The notes under the pieces were generated by a model, which did not search any database, had not been told where the DNA came from, and worked only from the letters and a program-made list of their open reading frames with translations. Shown piece by piece: positions 39,658 through 49,634 of a DNA stretch of 64,000 nucleotides (its first letter is position 1; every line of letters begins with the position of its first letter). The DNA is from an uncultured Actinomycetota bacterium (lineage in GTDB: Bacteria; Actinomycetota; Geothermincolia; Geothermincolales; Geothermincolaceae), in assembly GCA_964515075.1 (NCBI GenBank), contig CAZETE010000002.1, forward strand, positions 40,470-104,469. Direction: 5' to 3'. The position numbers were made by a program, and so were the translations under genes.

Positions 39658-39769
39658 CCTTCTCCCTCTACGAGAGCTCTCCGCCCCCCGGGTCTCCCCC
39701 AAGCCGCCCGTCCGCCGGCGGTCCGGGCCCCCTATCCATTATAAGTCCGGTGCGGCCGCGCGGCCCGGC

Positions 39770-40294
39770 TTACTTTATGATGAAGGTCATGACCAGCCCG
39801 AAGACCGCATAGGTCTCGGGCATGGCCCCGGATACCAGGGCGTTGCCCAGGGTGTTGCGGCCTTCCAGGCAGTTGCGGACCCCGGCGGCGCAGACGATCC
39901 CCTGATACCACGCGCTCAAGCCCATGACCAGCCCGACGATGGCGCCCTTCCCCGCCGCCACGAAGGGGTCGCTGTCCAGCAGGTCGAGGCTGGTGAAGAA
40001 GACCACCATCGAGTATATGCCCTGGGAGGCCGGCATCAGGGCCACCGAGATCAGTTTGTAGAAGTTCTCCGGCCCCCCTCCCAAGAGGGCCGAGAAGGAG
40101 ACGGACAGGCCCATGGCCGACCCGGCCAGGCCCATGGACAGGCCCAGCCCCATGATGATCTTGGCGATCATCGGCCCGTAGTCGGGCACCCCGCCCTCTG
40201 CCGCTTCCTCCGCGGCGAAGGCGGGAGAGGCGAACAGCGCCACCAGCACCGCCGCAACCACCAGCACGGCGAACCACTTGCTCTTTCCGTTCAC
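39770..40294 (-). CDS. ntpK: V-type ATPase proteolipid subunit K (c)
   Basis: 174 aa with a signal-like N-terminus and two helical hairpins rich in G/A. GTGA overlap with the ntpI stop. It is the C-terminal third of the 639-aa ORF, whose upstream part was rejected. Confidence 0.75.
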   Translation of the reverse strand: MNGKSKWFAVLVVAAVLVALFASPAFAAEEAAEGGVPDYGPMIAKIIMGLGLSMGLAGSAMGLSVSFSALLGGGPENFYKLISVALMPASQGIYSMVVFFTSLDLLDSDPFVAAGKGAIVGLVMGLSAWYQGIVCAAGVRNCLEGRNTLGNALVSGAMPETYAVFGLVMTFIIK

Positions 40295-42111
40295 TTGGGA
40301 CTCCTTTCCATCTTGAATGGCCTGTACTCGACGCCGTCGCCCTCGAAGATGCTCTTGAACGCTTCCACGAAATGGAGGCGGGCCGAATGGATGGTGCTTC
40401 CCAGCAGGGCCAGCGCGAAGTTGAAGCCGTGGCCCACCAGCAGGATGATCCCCGCCAGCGCCCCGCCGGCCACGGGCCCGGCCCCCCTCAATACCATGCC
40501 GGCCAGTTCGTTCATGACGCCGGCGATGGCCGAGGTGGCCAGGCCCAGTCCGAAGAGGCGGGCATAGGACAGCAGGTCGCCCAGGATGCCCGCCAGGCCG
40601 TAGACGTTCCACAGCCCCAGCCCCAGCCGGGGCAGCCATTTCCTGCCGTCGCTGGCGAAGAGCAGCGTCAGCAGCACCCCGGCGGCCAGCAACCCGGCGC
40701 CCGCGTACCCGAGGGGCGTATAGAGCGCCGTTTCGTGGAACCAGATGCCGCGCGCGACGAGGGCGCTCCCGCCCCAGAGGACGAACATCGTCCCCAGGAT
40801 GGACATCCTCTCGTGGAGCCGGTCGGCCAGGCACAGGCCCATCAGGTAGGATATGGACAGGTGGACGAGGCCGAGGCCCAGGGCTATGTACAGCAGCAGC
40901 ATGGGGTCGCCGGCGTGTACGTCGTAGTCCAGGAGTATCCAGCCCCTCTCGTTGAAGGCTATGCCGAAGAGGGACCCGGTCAGGACCCCGACGGCGACGG
41001 CGGCGGCGGCAAAGGACTTGCAGAGCCTCACCACCAGCGTCATCTGCTCGTTGCGGCCGCCCCACTTCCTCCCCATGATCTCGGCGATGAGGTAGAAGAG
41101 GATGCCGTATCCCGCGTCCCCCAGGCATATCCCGAAGAAGAGGACCATGAACGGCGCGAAGAAGGCCGAGGGGTCCAGCTCGCGGTACTTCGGGCTGCCG
41201 TAGAGCATCAGCAGCGGCTTGATCTGCTCGATGAAGCGGCTGTTCTTGAGCGATACGGGAGGCTCCTCCTCGTCCAGCGGAGGCCGCGTGACCACCTGCA
41301 GGGGCAGGCCGCTCCCCGCAAGCCGCTCCCGCAGCCCCTCTTCCCGGCTCTCGGGCGTCCATCCCTGCAGCCCGAAGAGGAGGGGCTCCCGGTGGATGGC
41401 GGCCAGGTGCCCCGCGCGGGACGCTTCGTCCTGCCTGGCGGCGGCCTGGTCTAGGATGGCGTCGGCCCTCCCCGCGGCGGCCGCCAACTCGTCCGCGCAG
41501 GCCTCCATCCTCGCTGAGGTCTCCTCGATCTCCGCCTCCGCCTCCTTGAGGCCCAGTTCGGGCCAGGTCAGCGCCTGGGCCGGATGCAGGTCCGCGCCGG
41601 CCCCGACGCTCAGGGTGTAGAAGCAGATCTGCCGGCCCGCGGAGACGACCTCCAAATAAACCCCTTCCGGGGGCTCGAACTCCCGCCACGCCTTCTCGTC
41701 CATGCAGAACCTGTCGACGTGGACGCCCGACTGCTCCAGGGAGCGCACCTGGGCCGGGTCGAAGTCCCCCCAGGGCAGCAGGTCGTCCCTCAAGCGTTCG
41801 AGCGCCTGGACGCGGGCCTCCATCAGCTGCATGGCCTCGAGCCTCTCCTCGACGTAGGGCGCCACCTCCTCGTCCGGGACGGTCAACTCCACGCCGGTCT
41901 CCCGGTCCCGGTAGCGCTTGAGGGAGCCGGCCAGCAGCTTCAGCCGGTTGGCCTGGGCGTGCAGGGCGCCGCTCTGCCTCTCCAGCTCGGCCTGCGCCTC
42001 GGAGGAAGCCTCCACGTGCAGGACGCCGGCCTCCTGCAGCAGCCGCATGGCCGCTTCCTGGACGCCTTCCGGGCCGACGATGAACACCTTGGTCATCCGC
42101 TCTATGGCCAC
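40291..42111 (-). CDS. ntpI: V-type ATPase subunit I (a)
   Basis: 606 aa with an N-terminal soluble coiled domain and a C-terminal polytopic domain. Position matches subunit I. Confidence 0.8.
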   Translation of the reverse strand: MAIERMTKVFIVGPEGVQEAAMRLLQEAGVLHVEASSEAQAELERQSGALHAQANRLKLLAGSLKRYRDRETGVELTVPDEEVAPYVEERLEAMQLMEARVQALERLRDDLLPWGDFDPAQVRSLEQSGVHVDRFCMDEKAWREFEPPEGVYLEVVSAGRQICFYTLSVGAGADLHPAQALTWPELGLKEAEAEIEETSARMEACADELAAAAGRADAILDQAAARQDEASRAGHLAAIHREPLLFGLQGWTPESREEGLRERLAGSGLPLQVVTRPPLDEEEPPVSLKNSRFIEQIKPLLMLYGSPKYRELDPSAFFAPFMVLFFGICLGDAGYGILFYLIAEIMGRKWGGRNEQMTLVVRLCKSFAAAAVAVGVLTGSLFGIAFNERGWILLDYDVHAGDPMLLLYIALGLGLVHLSISYLMGLCLADRLHERMSILGTMFVLWGGSALVARGIWFHETALYTPLGYAGAGLLAAGVLLTLLFASDGRKWLPRLGLGLWNVYGLAGILGDLLSYARLFGLGLATSAIAGVMNELAGMVLRGAGPVAGGALAGIILLVGHGFNFALALLGSTIHSARLHFVEAFKSIFEGDGVEYRPFKMERSPK

Positions 42112-42151
42112 GGCGCGACCTCCCCGCCGCCTCTTCCCGAGCGCCGCGGCA

Positions 42152-42772
42152 TCATCCCGCCGCCTCCTCCACCGCCCCCGCCTCCGTCAGGCGCTTGGCC
42201 ACCTTGGCCACCCCGACGGCCGCGGCCTGCTGGTCCTGCAGGTAGACGACGATCCTGCGTATGGCTTCCCGGCATTCCGGGATGAGGCGCTGTTCGTAGA
42301 GGTTGATGCGCTGGCTGGTCTTCCGGAAGCCCTCGAACAGGGCCTGCTCCCCCTCCTTGAGCACGCGGAGCGCCTCGCGCCGCTCCATCGCCTCCCTGCT
42401 CCGCCTGATGACCTCCTCGAAGCTCGCCGGCGTGGCGAAGTAGCTGTACGGAGGGTCGCGGAAGGTCACGCCCTCGAACTGGGGGACGTTCAAGCCCGCC
42501 ACGTTCCTGAAGGACCTCCTCACCTCCTCGATCTCCAGGAAGTACCTCAGCAGGGGGCCCATCTCCCCGTAGAGGGCGGACCATTCCCTCATCCCCTCCA
42601 GGGTCTCCCGCAAGCGGCCCTCCTGCTCCGAGATCTCCCGGCGCACCGCCGCCAGCTGCATGAGGAACTGCTGCTTCCTCGCCTCCAGGGCCGGCAGGAA
42701 ACGCTGGTACAGGGCCAGCTTCTGCTTCTGGCCCCGCAGCGATACCTTGTTCAGCCTTATCCGTTCCGCCAT
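42152..42772 (-). CDS. ntpD: V-type ATPase subunit D
   Basis: 206-aa coiled-coil protein (MAERIRLNKVSL...) immediately after ntpB. Confidence 0.8.
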   Translation of the reverse strand: MAERIRLNKVSLRGQKQKLALYQRFLPALEARKQQFLMQLAAVRREISEQEGRLRETLEGMREWSALYGEMGPLLRYFLEIEEVRRSFRNVAGLNVPQFEGVTFRDPPYSYFATPASFEEVIRRSREAMERREALRVLKEGEQALFEGFRKTSQRINLYEQRLIPECREAIRRIVVYLQDQQAAAVGVAKVAKRLTEAGAVEEAAG

Positions 42773-42794
42773 GGCCTCCGCACCGCCCGTCCGC

Positions 42795-44096
42795 TCACCC
42801 GCGCGGCCAGTACTCGTCGATGAGGTCCTGCTTGATCTCCACCTCTTCCGGCCGGAAGCATTCCGCCAGGGTCTTCCACCCCAGGTCCAGCGCGTCGTCG
42901 ACGCCCATGTCCACGCGCAGGTCCATGAACCTCTCGTGGAAGAGGCGGCCGTACTTGAGATAGCGCTCGTCGTCGGCCGTCTTGTCGAACCCCATGGCCA
43001 GTTTCTGCTCCACCTCGCGGCTGCGGGCGAACAGGCGGATCATGCTGTTCATGATGTAGCCGTGGTCCCGCCGCGTCACCCTGCCGACGACCAGCTGCTT
43101 GAGGCGGGAGAGCGACCCGAAGGGCTCGATGACCCCCTCCCGCAGGTAGAACTGTCCCTCGGTGATGTACCCCGTGTTGTCGGGGACGGGGTGCGTGACG
43201 TCGTCGCCGGGCATGGTGGTCACCGCCAGGATGGTGATGCTGCCCGCTCCCTCGAAGTCGACGGCCTTCTCGTAGCGGGACGCCAGGTCGCTGTAGAGGG
43301 AACCGGGGTAACCCAGGTTGGAGGGGACCTGGTCCATGGAGATGGCGATCTCCTTCATGGCGTCGGCGAAGGCGGTCATGTCCGTCAACAGCACCAGCAC
43401 GCGCTTTCCCTCCACGCCGAACTGCTCCGCCACGGCCAGCGCCATGTCCGGCACCAGCAGGCGCTCCACCACGGGGTCGGAGGCGGTGTGCACGAACATG
43501 ATGGTCCGCGACAGCACCCCCGCCTCCTCGAAGGAGTTGCGGAACTTCAGGTACTCGTCGTACTTCAACCCGATGCCCCCCAGGATGACCACGTCCGCGT
43601 TGGCCCGCATGCCGATGCGGGCGAGCAGTTCGTTGTAGGGCTCCCCGGCTGCAGCGAAGATGGGCAGCTTCTGGCTTTCCACCAGCGGGTTGAAGACGTC
43701 CACCATGGGCACGCGCGTCTCTATGAAGCCCCGCGGGATGACCCGCCTGACCGGGTTGACCGAGGGTCCGCCGATGCTGATGCGGGGCAGCGCCGCCAAG
43801 GTGGGCCCGTTGTCGATGGGCTCCCCCGAACCGTTGAAGATCCGGCCCAGGAGCATCTCCCCGAAGGGCACCTGCATGGGGCGGCCCAGGAAGCGCACGG
43901 TGTCCCCCGTCGACACCCCCCGCGTCCCCGCGAAGACCTGCAGGAAGGCGTCGCCGCCCCGCAGGCGGATGACCTGGGCCAGGGAGATGCCGCCGCGGCT
44001 CTTGACGGTCGCCAGTTCCCCGTAGCTGACGCCCGAAGCCGGCACCGCGATGATGTCCCCCTGTACCCGCACGATGTGGTGATGTTCTATGATCAT
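42795..44096 (-). CDS. ntpB: V-type ATPase subunit B
   Basis: 433 aa of the non-catalytic B family ([10 protein letters not shown]...[11 protein letters not shown]). Confidence 0.85.
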   Translation of the reverse strand: MIIEHHHIVRVQGDIIAVPASGVSYGELATVKSRGGISLAQVIRLRGGDAFLQVFAGTRGVSTGDTVRFLGRPMQVPFGEMLLGRIFNGSGEPIDNGPTLAALPRISIGGPSVNPVRRVIPRGFIETRVPMVDVFNPLVESQKLPIFAAAGEPYNELLARIGMRANADVVILGGIGLKYDEYLKFRNSFEEAGVLSRTIMFVHTASDPVVERLLVPDMALAVAEQFGVEGKRVLVLLTDMTAFADAMKEIAISMDQVPSNLGYPGSLYSDLASRYEKAVDFEGAGSITILAVTTMPGDDVTHPVPDNTGYITEGQFYLREGVIEPFGSLSRLKQLVVGRVTRRDHGYIMNSMIRLFARSREVEQKLAMGFDKTADDERYLKYGRLFHERFMDLRVDMGVDDALDLGWKTLAECFRPEEVEIKQDLIDEYWPRG

Positions 44097-45865
44097 GCGC
44101 CCACCGCCCCCTTCACCTTGAGGGCTTCCTCTATCTCCGACCGGTACTGGCGGTAGGCGTCCTCCCCGAAGGGGCAGTACTTCATCTGGAAGAACAGGTT
44201 CTGCAGATGGGCCATGCTCTCCCTGGCCTCTTCCTTGGATTCGAAGTCGAAGCGGTGATGGACCATCTCCATGAGCAGCAGGAAGTCGGATACCTGCCGC
44301 TCCAGGGGCGTGGCCTGGTCGACCTCGTCGAAGGAGTCCTGCTGCAGGCAGACGGCGTCCACTATCTCCGACTTGAGGTAGAGGACCAGGTCCTCCAGGC
44401 CGATGCCCTCCTCCCCCACCACCAGCATCATCTGGTGGATCTCGTTGCCCTTGAAGACCAGCTGGTGGGCCTCCTTGACCAGGTCCACCCAGTCCTCGTG
44501 CCGCGAGTTAAGCGAGGCGCGCATCTGGTCCAGGTACAGGCTCCAGGAGATGAGCGGGTCGATGGCCGGGTAGCGGCGCTGGTCGGAGCGGGCCCGCGAC
44601 AGGCCGTAGAAGGCGCCCACCACCTTGAGGGTGTTCTGCGTCACCGGCTCCTCGAAGTTTCCCCCCGCCGGCGAGACCGTCCCGATCATGGTCAGCGAGC
44701 CGGTGTCGTAGTTGAACAGGCGTACCTTGCCCGCGCGCTCGTACACCGCGGCGATGCGGCTCTCCAGGTAAGCCGGGAAGGCCTCCTCTCCCGGGATCTC
44801 CTCCATCCTGGCCGAGGACTCCCGCAGCGCCTGCGCCCAGCGCGACGTGCTGTCGGCCAGCAGCAGCACCTTCAGGCCGAGCTGCCGGAAGTACTCGCCC
44901 AGGGTCACGCCGGTGTAGATCGACGCTTCGCGGGCCGCCACGGGCATGGAGGAGGTGTTGCAGATGATGATGGTCCGGTCCATGAGGGACTTGCCGGTCT
45001 TGGGGTCCTCCAGCTCCGGGAACTCCCGGATGGTCTCCACCACCTCGCCGGCCCGCTCCCCGCAGGCCACGACGATGACGATGTCCGTCTGGGCGAAACG
45101 CGACATGATGTGCTGGAGGACGGTCTTGCCGGCGCCGAAAGGCCCGGGGATGCAGGCCGTCCCTCCCTCGGCCACGGGGAAGAAGATATCGATGAGGCGG
45201 GTCTGCGTCAGCAGCTGCGTATCCGGGAGCAGGCGCTCCCGGTAGCTCCGCATGGGCCGCTTGACGGGCCACTCCTGCTTCAGCGTCACCCTCACCTCCT
45301 CCGCACCGCGCTGCTGCCCCGCGCCCGCCCCCACGCTCTTTAGGACCGCCACCGTGTCGTTGACCGTGTAGCGCCCCCGGGGCATGACCTCCTTGACCTC
45401 CCAGGCCCCCAGGAGCCTCAAGGGCACCATGATGGGGTGGGGGAAGATGCCCTCGGTGACCTGGCCGATGAAGTGGCCGGCCCTGACCTGCGCCCCCACC
45501 TCGGCTTCGGGCAGGAAGTCCCAGAGCTTCTCCTGGTCCAGGGAGGGCAGGTACTGTCCCCTCCGCAAGAAGAACCCCTGGTCGTTCTCCAGCTCGTTCA
45601 AGGGGTTCTGCAGCCCGTCGAAGATCTTCCCCAGCATGCCGGGGCCCAGCGTCGCCGAGAGGAGCTCCCCCGAGAACTCGGCTTCGTCCCCCACCCGCAG
45701 GCCGGTCGTGCTCTCGAAGACCTGGAGGTCGATCTGCCGGCCGCGGATCCGGATGACCTCGGACTTGAGCGGCACGCCCTCGCAGTCGACGTAGGCCACC
45801 TCGTTCTGCAACACTTCCCGGCCCTCCTCCACCTCGCAGGTGATGAGGGGGCCGTTTACCGCCAT
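44093..45865 (-). CDS. ntpA: V-type ATPase catalytic subunit A
   Basis: Walker [10 protein letters not shown]. Probable start [12 protein letters not shown] (45865); the ORF-track start is 45910. Confidence 0.85.
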   Translation of the reverse strand: MAVNGPLITCEVEEGREVLQNEVAYVDCEGVPLKSEVIRIRGRQIDLQVFESTTGLRVGDEAEFSGELLSATLGPGMLGKIFDGLQNPLNELENDQGFFLRRGQYLPSLDQEKLWDFLPEAEVGAQVRAGHFIGQVTEGIFPHPIMVPLRLLGAWEVKEVMPRGRYTVNDTVAVLKSVGAGAGQQRGAEEVRVTLKQEWPVKRPMRSYRERLLPDTQLLTQTRLIDIFFPVAEGGTACIPGPFGAGKTVLQHIMSRFAQTDIVIVVACGERAGEVVETIREFPELEDPKTGKSLMDRTIIICNTSSMPVAAREASIYTGVTLGEYFRQLGLKVLLLADSTSRWAQALRESSARMEEIPGEEAFPAYLESRIAAVYERAGKVRLFNYDTGSLTMIGTVSPAGGNFEEPVTQNTLKVVGAFYGLSRARSDQRRYPAIDPLISWSLYLDQMRASLNSRHEDWVDLVKEAHQLVFKGNEIHQMMLVVGEEGIGLEDLVLYLKSEIVDAVCLQQDSFDEVDQATPLERQVSDFLLLMEMVHHRFDFESKEEARESMAHLQNLFFQMKYCPFGEDAYRQYRSEIEEALKVKGAVGA

Positions 45866-45888
45866 GACTCGTCCGCGCGTGGGATCGC

Positions 45889-46617
45889 TCACTTCGTACC
45901 TCCATGCCACAAGAAAGCTTCTACGTCCAGGTCCTCGTTCATCCTCTCCCAGCGTGAATAGATCTCCATTCTCGTGATGTAGGCCAGCAGAGCGTCGATG
46001 GAGAAGCCGTGGACGCCCTCGCAGAGATAGACCCGCCGCAGGCGCTCTTCGTCCAGGAAGCGTTCCGCCTGAAGCGGGTTCCTCTGCGCCTTCAGCCGCT
46101 CCAGGAGGTCGGAGAGGTCGCGCGGGCGCCGGGTCTTGAGGATGGAGTGGTCGTCCAGGTTCCCGCCCGCCTCGCGGACCCGCTCGGCCAACAGGCCGGA
46201 GCGCAGGTCGACCTCCCAGCCCAGGAAATCGACGAGGAAGCGGCTTCCGAACCGCTCCGCGGTGTCCAGGGCATAGGAGTAATACAGCTCCCAGAGCCGG
46301 TCGTAGGGGTACTCCAGGTGGATGCCCCGCTCCTGTTCCTCCTTGAACCTTCCGATGAAATCGGGCAGCCGCCCGGCGCCGGCCAGCTCCTCCCTGCTCA
46401 GCAGGCCGCCTTCCCGGAAGAGGCTCCTCCCCTGATCCGCCTGCTCCCAGTTGAAGGCGTCCACGGCGTGGAGGTGGGCGAAGACCAGTTCGGCGTGCTC
46501 GGCGAGGACGTTCCGCTTGACCAGGGCGGTGATCTCGCCGAACCCCAGCGGCATCCCCTCCCCGAGAGCGTCGGGCGCGGGCGGGAGCATGGTCATCAGG
46601 TAGTAGTACTGGCCCAT
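45889..46617 (-). CDS. DUF2764-family protein of compact V-ATPase operons
   Basis: MGQYYYLMTMLP is an N-terminus typical of the DUF2764 proteins found between E and A in Bacteroidetes/Chlamydia-type V-ATPase operons. Confidence 0.55.
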   Translation of the reverse strand: MGQYYYLMTMLPPAPDALGEGMPLGFGEITALVKRNVLAEHAELVFAHLHAVDAFNWEQADQGRSLFREGGLLSREELAGAGRLPDFIGRFKEEQERGIHLEYPYDRLWELYYSYALDTAERFGSRFLVDFLGWEVDLRSGLLAERVREAGGNLDDHSILKTRRPRDLSDLLERLKAQRNPLQAERFLDEERLRRVYLCEGVHGFSIDALLAYITRMEIYSRWERMNEDLDVEAFLWHGGTK

Positions 46618-46631
46618 GTCCGCGCGGGGCC

Positions 46632-47246
46632 TCAGTGGGTGAAGAAGTGCTCGCGGAAGCGCGGCGAGCAGAAATTACCGAAGGCCTCCACCAGGCCGGT
46701 GCTGAAGTTGAGGTAGGGCCCCTTGCGCTTGTAGCTCACGTCGAAGCCGAAGGTTATCCCGTCGGAGAAGTCGACCTCGAGCTCCCGGCTGTCCACCCTG
46801 TCCCTGAACTTCTCGTTGAACCAAGCCTCCAACTCGGCCCGCTTCTCTTCCGGCAGCAGCACCTCGACCCGCTGCTCCCGGAGGCCCTCTTTCAAGAACT
46901 CCCGCAGGAAGAGCTCGATGATGCGCTGGAGGAAGGCGGCGTCGTTCATGGCCTCCCTGACCTCCCAGTTCACCACGGGGATGACCACCGCCGCTTCGAG
47001 CTTCTCCTGCACCGTGAGGACGAAGTCGCGGGCGGCCCGGTCCATGTCCGCGTGGAGCCGCTTCATGGTCTCTTCCGCTTCGGCCCTCGCGTCCGCCCTG
47101 ATCTTCTCGGCCGCGGCCTGCGCCTCGGCCACGATGGACGCCGCCTCTTTCCTGGCCCCGCCGACCATCTCCTCCGCCTCGGCCCTGGCCGGCGCCAGCA
47201 CCTTCTCGTTCAGCTCCTGCGTGATGTCGCCCAGTGTCTTAGCCAT
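46632..47246 (-). CDS. ntpE: V-type ATPase subunit E (stator)
   Basis: 204-aa charged coiled-coil N-terminus (AEAQAAAEKIRADARAEAEE). First gene of the operon. Confidence 0.7.
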   Translation of the reverse strand: MAKTLGDITQELNEKVLAPARAEAEEMVGGARKEAASIVAEAQAAAEKIRADARAEAEETMKRLHADMDRAARDFVLTVQEKLEAAVVIPVVNWEVREAMNDAAFLQRIIELFLREFLKEGLREQRVEVLLPEEKRAELEAWFNEKFRDRVDSRELEVDFSDGITFGFDVSYKRKGPYLNFSTGLVEAFGNFCSPRFREHFFTH

Positions 47247-47395
47247 GTTCCTCTCCTAGCATCATCTTCGCTGCGTCGCGTGCTGCCGTCGTTGCTGCGG
47301 GCCCCTCCGCGGGCCGCGGGACCTCGCGGCCTCAAGGCCCGGTCTTGCGGCTGTGAGCCCCCTGCGGGTCAGGACATCGCCCCGAAGCCCATGAT

Positions 47396-47424
47396 ATTAT
47401 AGTAGCTTTTTCGCCATGGCTCAA
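47396..47424 (-). promoter_or_regulatory. sigma70 consensus-like promoter of the V-ATPase operon (TTGAGC-N17-TATAAT)
   Basis: Minus strand reads TTGAGCCATGGCGAAAAAGCTACTATAAT. A ~140-nt GC-rich leader follows, ending in AGGAGAGGAAC-ATG. Confidence 0.6.
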
Positions 47425-47488
47425 CGGCTGGCGGCGGGGCGGGCGCCCGGGGCCGCCGGCGTCCCCCGGCGCCGCGCCCTTTGCCGCG

Positions 47489-48613
47489 TCACGCCTTGAG
47501 CGGTTGGGGGCGGCTGGCGGCGGCGCGCGCGGCCGCGGTTGAGCGCCGGCGGAAGCGGGCCAGGTCGGTGAAGGCCTCCAGGCGCGTGGCCACCCCCGCC
47601 TTGCCGGTCTGCTCGTCGATGACCAGCGAGATGACCGGGATGCCCTGGTCGCGTGAGACCAGCGGCAGGATGCCCTTGGCGATGGTCTCGGGCATGCAGG
47701 TGAAGGGGAGCAGGTGCACCACCCCGTCGAAGCCGGCCCGCTTGAAGAGCACGCTGAGGCCCACGCTGTGGACGCCCTCCCCTCCCACCGAATGGGAGAG
47801 ATAGGGGCGGGCGGCCTCCTCCGACTCGCGGTCCGAAAAGCCCAGCACCGGGTTCCTGCCGGACGGCCGCAGCCAGTCGGTGAGGTAGACGCTGCGCTCC
47901 ACGTAGGCCCCCATGTCTCCCAACTGCTCCTCCACCTGGAGGTTGAAGTATGGGTCCAGCACCAGGTAGAACTCGCCCACGATGCCGATGCGCACCGGCT
48001 CGCACAACTCCCGGCGGGGCACCGCCGCGAGCGCCTCGAAGGCCTCGCTCCGGACCCGTTCCAGGTCGGCGAAGGCCCCGCAGCGCCTGACCATTCCGTA
48101 GGCTTTCCCCAAGGCCGCGCTGGTCGCCCCCCGCTCGGCGTCGAAGCAGCGCTGGTGGAGGGCCTGCTGTTCCAGGCAGTCGATGAGCAGGGCCTTGTGC
48201 ACGGCGAAGCGGACGGCCGAGAGGAGCGTTCGCCAGGGCTTGCCCTGTTTGAGCATCCTTATGCTGGAGACCAGCTCGCCCAGCTTGTCCCAGTGGAACT
48301 CCAGCGGCACCATGGTCACCGCATAGCCGGCCTCCTCCAGGATGCGCCGCTGCGTGTCCGCGTAGAAGCCGAAACGGCAGGGGCCCTTGCCCGCGATCAT
48401 CAGCAGGGTGTCGGCCCCGGCCTCGATGCCCTCGATGTAGTTGCCGAGGGTGGTCTTCAAGGGGATGCAGGCGAACTCGGGGCTGTGGCGGGCGCCCAGC
48501 TCCAGGGTGCGCTGGGAGGACGGCGGGGGCAGGACGTAGTCCACGCCCACCTCCTCGAAGATGCTTTCGAGCAGAATCTCGATGCTGCCCATGTGGGGCC
48601 AGGTTATCCTCAC
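47489..48613 (-). CDS. DUF2229-like protein (acyl-CoA dehydratase activase-associated family), paralog B
   Basis: Shares the C-terminal motif VIDEQTGKAGVATRLEAFTDL with the upstream paralog (VIDEHTGEAGLITRIEAFTDML). GTG at 48613 forms a GTGA overlap. The ORF-track 5' extension to 49564 was rejected. Confidence 0.5.
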   Translation of the reverse strand: MRITWPHMGSIEILLESIFEEVGVDYVLPPPSSQRTLELGARHSPEFACIPLKTTLGNYIEGIEAGADTLLMIAGKGPCRFGFYADTQRRILEEAGYAVTMVPLEFHWDKLGELVSSIRMLKQGKPWRTLLSAVRFAVHKALLIDCLEQQALHQRCFDAERGATSAALGKAYGMVRRCGAFADLERVRSEAFEALAAVPRRELCEPVRIGIVGEFYLVLDPYFNLQVEEQLGDMGAYVERSVYLTDWLRPSGRNPVLGFSDRESEEAARPYLSHSVGGEGVHSVGLSVLFKRAGFDGVVHLLPFTCMPETIAKGILPLVSRDQGIPVISLVIDEQTGKAGVATRLEAFTDLARFRRRSTAAARAAASRPQPLKA

Positions 48614-49629
48614 GCCGGCACCGCCTCCCTGCCCGCCTCCTCCGCCTCGCGCGCGCCGCGGGCGTGCTTGCGCCGCAGCATGTCGGTGAAGGCCTCGATG
48701 CGGGTGATCAGGCCCGCCTCCCCGGTGTGCTCGTCGATGACCAGGGTGAGCATGGGGGTATCGCCCAGGCGCTTGCGCTCCTGTTCGCAGAGGACGTGGA
48801 GCATGGAGTCGGGCCCGCAGGCGAAGGAGATGACGAAGATGATCCCGTCGGCCAGCCCGTGGCGGACGCAGGCCAGCAGCGCCCCCGCCAGCTCCCGCTC
48901 GTAGCTCCAGTAGATCCGCTTGGGCAGCTTCTCCAGCTCCTCCTCCCGCCACTCCTCCGGCACCATGTCCATGGTGACGATGTCCGCGCCCATCTCCCGC
49001 AGCCGCTCCAGCAGCGACATGGTGGTGAAGGTGTCGAAGACGTTGTAGTGGTGTCCCATCACCGCGATGCGCAGCTTCCTGCCCTCGGCGAGCCTCGATC
49101 CCGGCTCGCCGCCCATGGCCAGGGCGGGCTCCCAGCCCTGCGCCAGCTTCTCCTGATAGTCGCGGTGACGGCGCCAGGCGCGCACCCCGGCCCGCATGAT
49201 GCGCAGGGGGTTGCGGGTGAAGAGGCGGCCGATGCGGTAGACCGCCCGGTAGTTCTCCCAGAGGCTCTCGTGGAAGTCGATGGTGGGAGAGATGATGGGG
49301 GGCATGTCGTCCGCCGCCGCCCTGACCAGGTCGGGCAGGCCCAGCAGCTTGGGGCAGGTGTGGGTCTTCTTCTCCAGGCTGACCACGCGGGGGATGAACA
49401 GCGCGTCCACCCGGCCCTTGAGGGCCAGGGCATGGCCGTAGAAGACCTTCACCGGCAGGCAGCTCTCGTTCTCCGCCTTGCTCACCCCGGCGGAGAGGAT
49501 GGAGCGGGTGGTCATGCCCGACTCCAACACCTCGGCCCCCAGCTCCTCCAAAAAGGACTTCCACAGGGGGAAGTACTTGTAATAGAGGAGCCCGCTGGGG
49601 ACCCCGATCCTCAAGGGGGCGCGTCCCAC
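48610..49629 (-). CDS. DUF2229-like protein (acyl-CoA dehydratase activase-associated family), paralog A
   Basis: 339 aa. No nucleotide-binding motif. Recalled to resemble COG3580/COG3581 pairs. Starts 6 nt after the ACP stop. Confidence 0.5.
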   Translation of the reverse strand: MGRAPLRIGVPSGLLYYKYFPLWKSFLEELGAEVLESGMTTRSILSAGVSKAENESCLPVKVFYGHALALKGRVDALFIPRVVSLEKKTHTCPKLLGLPDLVRAAADDMPPIISPTIDFHESLWENYRAVYRIGRLFTRNPLRIMRAGVRAWRRHRDYQEKLAQGWEPALAMGGEPGSRLAEGRKLRIAVMGHHYNVFDTFTTMSLLERLREMGADIVTMDMVPEEWREEELEKLPKRIYWSYERELAGALLACVRHGLADGIIFVISFACGPDSMLHVLCEQERKRLGDTPMLTLVIDEHTGEAGLITRIEAFTDMLRRKHARGAREAEEAGREAVPA

Positions 49630-49634
49630 CGCGC

